A stretch of DNA of 61,059 nucleotides, filler included, from Stramenopiles sp. TOSAG23-6 (Eukaryota): the NCBI GenBank assembly GCA_900128565.1. It is 13 parts of 13 records of this genome, joined end to end, with 100 filler letters (N's around TTAATTAATTAA, not from the genome) between each part and the next. Parts side by side here need not be neighbours in the genome. Positions count along the whole stretch, not along the records: positions 56,480 to 61,059 come from LT637122.1; 12 more parts are not named here. One strand, written 5' to 3'. Below the pieces are notes generated by a model, which did no database searches, had not been told where the DNA came from, and was given only the letters and a program-made list of their open reading frames with translations. Both the position numbers and the translations under genes were made by a program. This document shows, one piece after another, positions 56,547 through 61,059 of this stretch. Numbering within the stretch: position 1 is the stretch's first letter; each line of letters opens with the position of its first letter.

Positions 56547-57695
56547 GAATTAACGACTTGATTTCCAACAGAATTTCGACTCCAGACAACAATTCTAACC
56601 TCACCAGTTTGTCTTATTTTACCAGGTAAAGCTTGAATATTTCCATTATATGTAGTAATGGACGCACTATGAACTCGAATGACATCACCAATACTGAAAA
56701 TGTTTGGAAACAAAGTCGCGTTCTTTGCAAATACATTAATTTGGAGAGTTTTCGACGATTCTGAAACCGATTGAACTGAATTTAACGATTTATCAATAAT
56801 TTCAATATTCATACATAAATCTTTACCTCGTGTCGCTTTTGGGAAAGTCGCACTTACAACTATACCATAGAAATTTGCCATTCCTTTTTTAATTGATTGA
56901 TAGGAGTATCTGCAGTGTGAAAAAATGTCGAATTTGAAAACTTGTTAAATTTTTTTTTTTTTTTGCTTTTTTGTTTAGGTACAAAATTTGGTATGAAAAA
57001 AAATATAAATTTGAAATTCATAATGAAAACGTACACGTGTATACTGTTTCTTGTTTTTTTCCATTACGAGACGATGTCCGAGTACTTGTCCGACGGCGAT
57101 TCTGTGAATTTTTAGCATCAATATTTCCGGATATTGAAGCACTGATTGATGTATTTGCACAGTAAAGAGGTGGCAAATCCGTCCATGCACAGCCATCGTA
57201 AATAATTTGACTACTTTTATCTCCTTTAGCAGCTTTGCGTGGATGTTGAACTTGTACTACACAAGGATTTTCATGAGATGTCTTATCATGCAATTCTATG
57301 CGGCAGCCGAGACGTTGATGACTACTAGCCATTTTCAGTTTTTCCAAATCAGAAATATCAGAAATATTTGGATCCTTGGGAGGACACTTACACAACACTT
57401 TAACTCCCCTAGATAGAAAAATACGAACACGGTCATTTGGTTCTATATCTTTTGCACGATGAGCCCAACTATCCATGAAAATAACCTCAATTGAAGATGG
57501 TCGAGCTCGTTCGATTCCAGGTCCAGTGTCTAGAAGCTGAACCTTAAACGTACAACCATGTGGTTGACCAACCAAACTAGATTTTGGACAAGTCAATTTC
57601 CAACGACGTCGTATCGTACCTTGTACATAACATTGTTCAATATGAGTACCAGATCGTATATCTTGAACATCTTTCCGTTGGCAATATTTATGCAT
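56547..57695 (-). CDS. POT1: POT1/TEBP-alpha-like OB-fold telomere protein, partial; exons 57695-57035, ~56909-56547
   Basis: VYT|YTPINQLKK..NFYGIV..PKATRGKDLCMNIEIID..FPNIFSIGDVIRVH..YNG resembles POT1 OB1. Confidence 0.75.
56910..57034 (-). mobile_element. Family intron; acceptor AG at 56910 or AT at 56908
   Basis: T|GTACGTTTTC...TACCTAAAC...CACACTGCAG-AT. Confidence 0.75.
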
Positions 57696-58086
57696 ATTAT
57701 GGAGAAATCTCTTTCAATAAAAATAATGTCGATTATAAGAATATGATTTTGCCCTACATAACTATGCGACTATAGTACTTGGTATCAATTTAATATAAAT
57801 GCGTATCAAAATAGACTTTTGAATCAACGATGTTACAAATTGACTGACTCATACTACGAGCAGGTTTGCGCGCGCGCGAATCGATCCGTTAAAAAACAGA
57901 TCTAAAAAAATGTATCTTTGCAAAAAAGTACAGGTGTAAATAAAAGCAAGCCAGCCAGCTTTCCAGATACTTTTAAATATTCTATAAGCAATAGTGATTG
58001 TTTCACCAACAAACAGAGGGTTAACGAAATACGGTATACATACCGTAACACTGTAATAAAAAGGAGTACTTTCGAGATAGGTGAAA

Positions 58087-59733
58087 ATGATGCACGAGGA
58101 AAAATTAGATAGCTCTGGCACTGAAGAGTCGTTTGACGAACTTAAAGTTTCGAATAGTCCAGTGGCCTTCCAGCAAGAGTTAAGATTCCCACCAGAAGTT
58201 CCTAAATTAATGGGATCTTTCGATAAACTAAGAACGTGTGCAAATGATGATATGCAGACATGGGATAAACGTTATTTTCGAACAAATCGAGACAAAAGGA
58301 CTTTAGATTTTTACGCTCATGAACGAAATAAAGAAGATAAACTTGGAATGATTCCGTTAGACGACGTTCAAAGTATCTCTAGGATTGATAAAAAACATTT
58401 TGTTCTAAACTTAAGCATAACAATTGGTTCAGAAACCGAAGAAACAAGTCATCGGTGGTTGAGTAATCTCCAAGAATATTTTGAAAGAAGTGCAAAGTAT
58501 AACACACAACCAAAAATAAGAGCGACAGGATTAATATCAAGAAAATCATCGTATGCTGAATCTCCACGCCATACTCCTACTGACAATGAACCAAAGACAC
58601 CATTACCTAAAGGTCCAAGACGAAGAAGAAGTAAAAAGTTTTTGCCCAGAATGTTCCAAAAATCTACAAAAGGAACGGCAAAAGCAATGCGACGTCTTTC
58701 AGGGAAAATTATCGAAAAGTCAAACAAAATTGCGGCGAAAGCGGACCGATTGATCCAAAGTCATCCAAAATTGGAGAAAATGCGCAATGCTGTTAATGAC
58801 GCCGAAAATTCTGAAACTATGGAGAAATGGCGCTCTAAAACTGTTCGTGCATTTGCTGATCCCATTGATCACATCGGTGGAATTTCTTATGAAGAATTTC
58901 GAAGTTGGTATTTGAATACACAAGTTGATGTAGCAGATTTAGAAAATGTGACAGATGATAGAAGTTATGTTAAACGAGTTTTTGATAAATTTGACATTGA
59001 TGATTCAGGAACTTTGTGTAAACAAGAAGTTCGTTATCTTGCTAAATCTCTTGGATTAAAATTAACTTCAGGTTTTGGGCTCATTACATATAGGTTAGAT
59101 GACTGTTTCAAAGAGATGGACAAAGATAGTTCTGGAGAGATAGGCTTTGATGAGTTTGTTGAATGGTGGCAAAAGGAAAATCCTGATGAAGATATAAACT
59201 GGGATTTGGAAACAAGAATGAGATTTATGTTTGATACAGTAGATGTGGATAACTCAAATTCCTTAGATAAAATGGAAGTGAGGGCACTTTTGAAGAAGTT
59301 GGGTCGAAATCTATCGACGGCGTGGAAAGGTAAACATGCTTTGGATACTGCATATAATGAAATGGCAGCTTCCCGAAACGATAACGATATTTCTGAAAAT
59401 GTATCATATACATCAAAAGAAGAAAAGGAAACAAGCGAAGAAAATGAAATAGAAGACGGTGGAAGTGAGAATAAAGTAGATATACCATCCGTCACAACAC
59501 CTCCTCCTGCAAGTCCTAACGGTTCCAAAAGCTCTGAAGGTGTTCAAAGCTCTGAAGGTGTTCAAAGCTCTGAAGGTGTTCAAAACTCTGAAGGTGTTAA
59601 AAGTGTTAAAAGCTCTGAAAGTTTGGATAGTTTTTCGGTGGAAGAGCCGACCACTCCAAAAGCCCCAGAAATTCCAAAACAAATTGATAATACAACAAAA
59701 GATGAAAAATCTACTGTAGCGGGTGTAAATTAG
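58087..59733 (+). CDS. PH-like plus EF-hand protein with SSEGVQ repeats
   Basis: WDKRYF..LDFY; DIDDSGTL, DKDSSGEIGFDEF, DVDNSNSLDKME. Confidence 0.8.
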   Translation: MMHEEKLDSSGTEESFDELKVSNSPVAFQQELRFPPEVPKLMGSFDKLRTCANDDMQTWDKRYFRTNRDKRTLDFYAHERNKEDKLGMIPLDDVQSISRIDKKHFVLNLSITIGSETEETSHRWLSNLQEYFERSAKYNTQPKIRATGLISRKSSYAESPRHTPTDNEPKTPLPKGPRRRRSKKFLPRMFQKSTKGTAKAMRRLSGKIIEKSNKIAAKADRLIQSHPKLEKMRNAVNDAENSETMEKWRSKTVRAFADPIDHIGGISYEEFRSWYLNTQVDVADLENVTDDRSYVKRVFDKFDIDDSGTLCKQEVRYLAKSLGLKLTSGFGLITYRLDDCFKEMDKDSSGEIGFDEFVEWWQKENPDEDINWDLETRMRFMFDTVDVDNSNSLDKMEVRALLKKLGRNLSTAWKGKHALDTAYNEMAASRNDNDISENVSYTSKEEKETSEENEIEDGGSENKVDIPSVTTPPPASPNGSKSSEGVQSSEGVQSSEGVQNSEGVKSVKSSESLDSFSVEEPTTPKAPEIPKQIDNTTKDEKSTVAGVN

Positions 59734-59859
59734 GAAAACATTTTGTAGTATCCGAATCCGTTTTATACTATTTGCATTTAGTAGTAGTAGACATTATAAT
59801 TACAATTTCTAAATTATAAAAATAAGGATATTTTATTTTCTTGTACAATTATTATTAAG

Positions 59860-61059
59860 CTAATTTCCTTTCCCATTGAAATGAGTATTAATCCATTCTG
59901 GTTCACCTACTGTCTCCCACACCATGGACATCCCAGTTTCCGCATGTGGAAAAATATGACAATGTGCAAGAGTTGGACCTGGAAAATCACTAGCCATGAA
60001 ACGTATTGTCACATGTATTGAAAAAGAAATGTTTTACTTTAAAAATTTGTTAGGTATTTTTTTTAAGAAAAAAAAAAAAAAAAAAAAATCAAAAAAAAAT
60101 CAAAAAAAAAATCATGGAAGAAAACCTACACTACCAGACGTTGGAACACTGATTGTGTCCCGCCAGTCACCAACAATATAATCAAGACCTGCAGCTTCTT
60201 CACCACCCTGATGATCTATAGCAATAATTTGGAAATGGTGTACATGTAAATGAAAAGGATGATTTGTTGTAAGTTTTGTAGGTTTTGATAATTTCGATAA
60301 TTTCGTTTTTCTGTCATTTACAAAAGTCATATTTGACACAATTTTCCATTCTTCTACTGTATTTATTCTCACGGAACGAGATATTTCGTGTAATCCACCA
60401 TATTCCTTACCATTTATGCCATACCATTTATATTCATTCCCTGCACGTTTTACAGGCGAAGTTCCTTGACTCCATTCAAATATAAACTGTGGATTAATCT
60501 CATTCACAGATTCATCATCATTATTATTATTATTATTACTTTCACTAGTTAAATCGTACAACAAAGGCCCACCGCTTTCTTTTGTTCGTAACACAGTGGG
60601 AACTCTAAACTCATAATTATTTTTTTTTTGGTATTGTTTTTGTACTTGTTGATTTTTATTCCAAATAAAAACTGAATTCTTACTTGAATTTTCTTCATCA
60701 TGTCTCACTCGAAGAAGTAAAATGTAACCGTCAAAGACATCCGTGTCATGACCTAAATATTGATTCACAGATGTAGAAGGTTGGAAGGAACGTATCCAGA
60801 AATTTCCCGGTTTGTCACATTTCACTAATAAATCTGCACGACTTCCTGGGACAAGAAGAAATGTTTTCTTCCTGTCTAATTTTCTACTTTTTTTGAATAA
60901 AACTCCATCTCGTGCTATAACATACACTTCACATCCAATAGTATTATCATTATTATTATTTGAGGTTTCTTCATCAATGCCAATGTTTAAATAGTAATTA
61001 ATACCTGAACGAAGAATACGAAATCGATGCCATTCTCTTGGAAGCATTTCCATATTCGG
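59860..61059 (-). CDS. Multicopper oxidase C-terminal part; exons ..-60130, 60012-59860
   Basis: HPFHLHVHHF, WRDTISVP..|VTIRF..GPTLAHCHIFPHAETGM. Confidence 0.9.
60013..60129 (-). mobile_element. GT-AT intron, phase 0
   Basis: AGT|GTAGGTTTT...TACCTAAC...TCAATACAT|GTG; needed to reach the HCH copper motif. Confidence 0.88.

Noticed and set aside
15722-57695. TEN1 and POT1 (and SmD3 near introns) in one window as a gene cluster
   Set aside because: TEN1 and POT1 are on different concatenated contigs, and introns occur throughout, so co-occurrence is not informative.

Overview
AT-rich, gene-dense eukaryotic DNA, probably a marine protist single-cell or metagenome-type assembly (stramenopile-like is my inference only). 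The window is 13 unrelated ~4.6 kb contigs joined by artificial N-TTAATTAATTAA-N spacers, so adjacency across spacers means nothing. Recognisable genes include adenylosuccinate lyase, HslU, threonyl-tRNA synthetase, Nup205, EMC1, PSMD7/Rpn8, a BEACH-WD40 protein, TEN1, POT1, ELMOD, a PX-TBC RabGAP, a multicopper oxidase, and an SmD3 carrying two CCHC knuckles. The main discovery is a family of about 45 related ~80-185 nt introns (complete or contig-truncated). Their consensus is GTAYGTTTT...TTTCGTACGAAATTTTGTACCTAAC...TTGAAATATTTTTCCAAAATACAT, so they end in AT rather than AG. Removing exactly GT...AT restores reading frame and conserved motifs in many genes, best shown by ADSL with 27-, 32- and 18-nt micro-exons. 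The elements have short terminal inverted repeats, usually follow an exonic AT (TSD-like), are always sense to the host gene, and in one case sit in tandem with a zero-length exon. This looks like an introner-type mobile intron family spliced at non-canonical GT-AT boundaries, coexisting with ordinary GT-AG introns. Splicing is inferred from DNA only; no RNA evidence is available.
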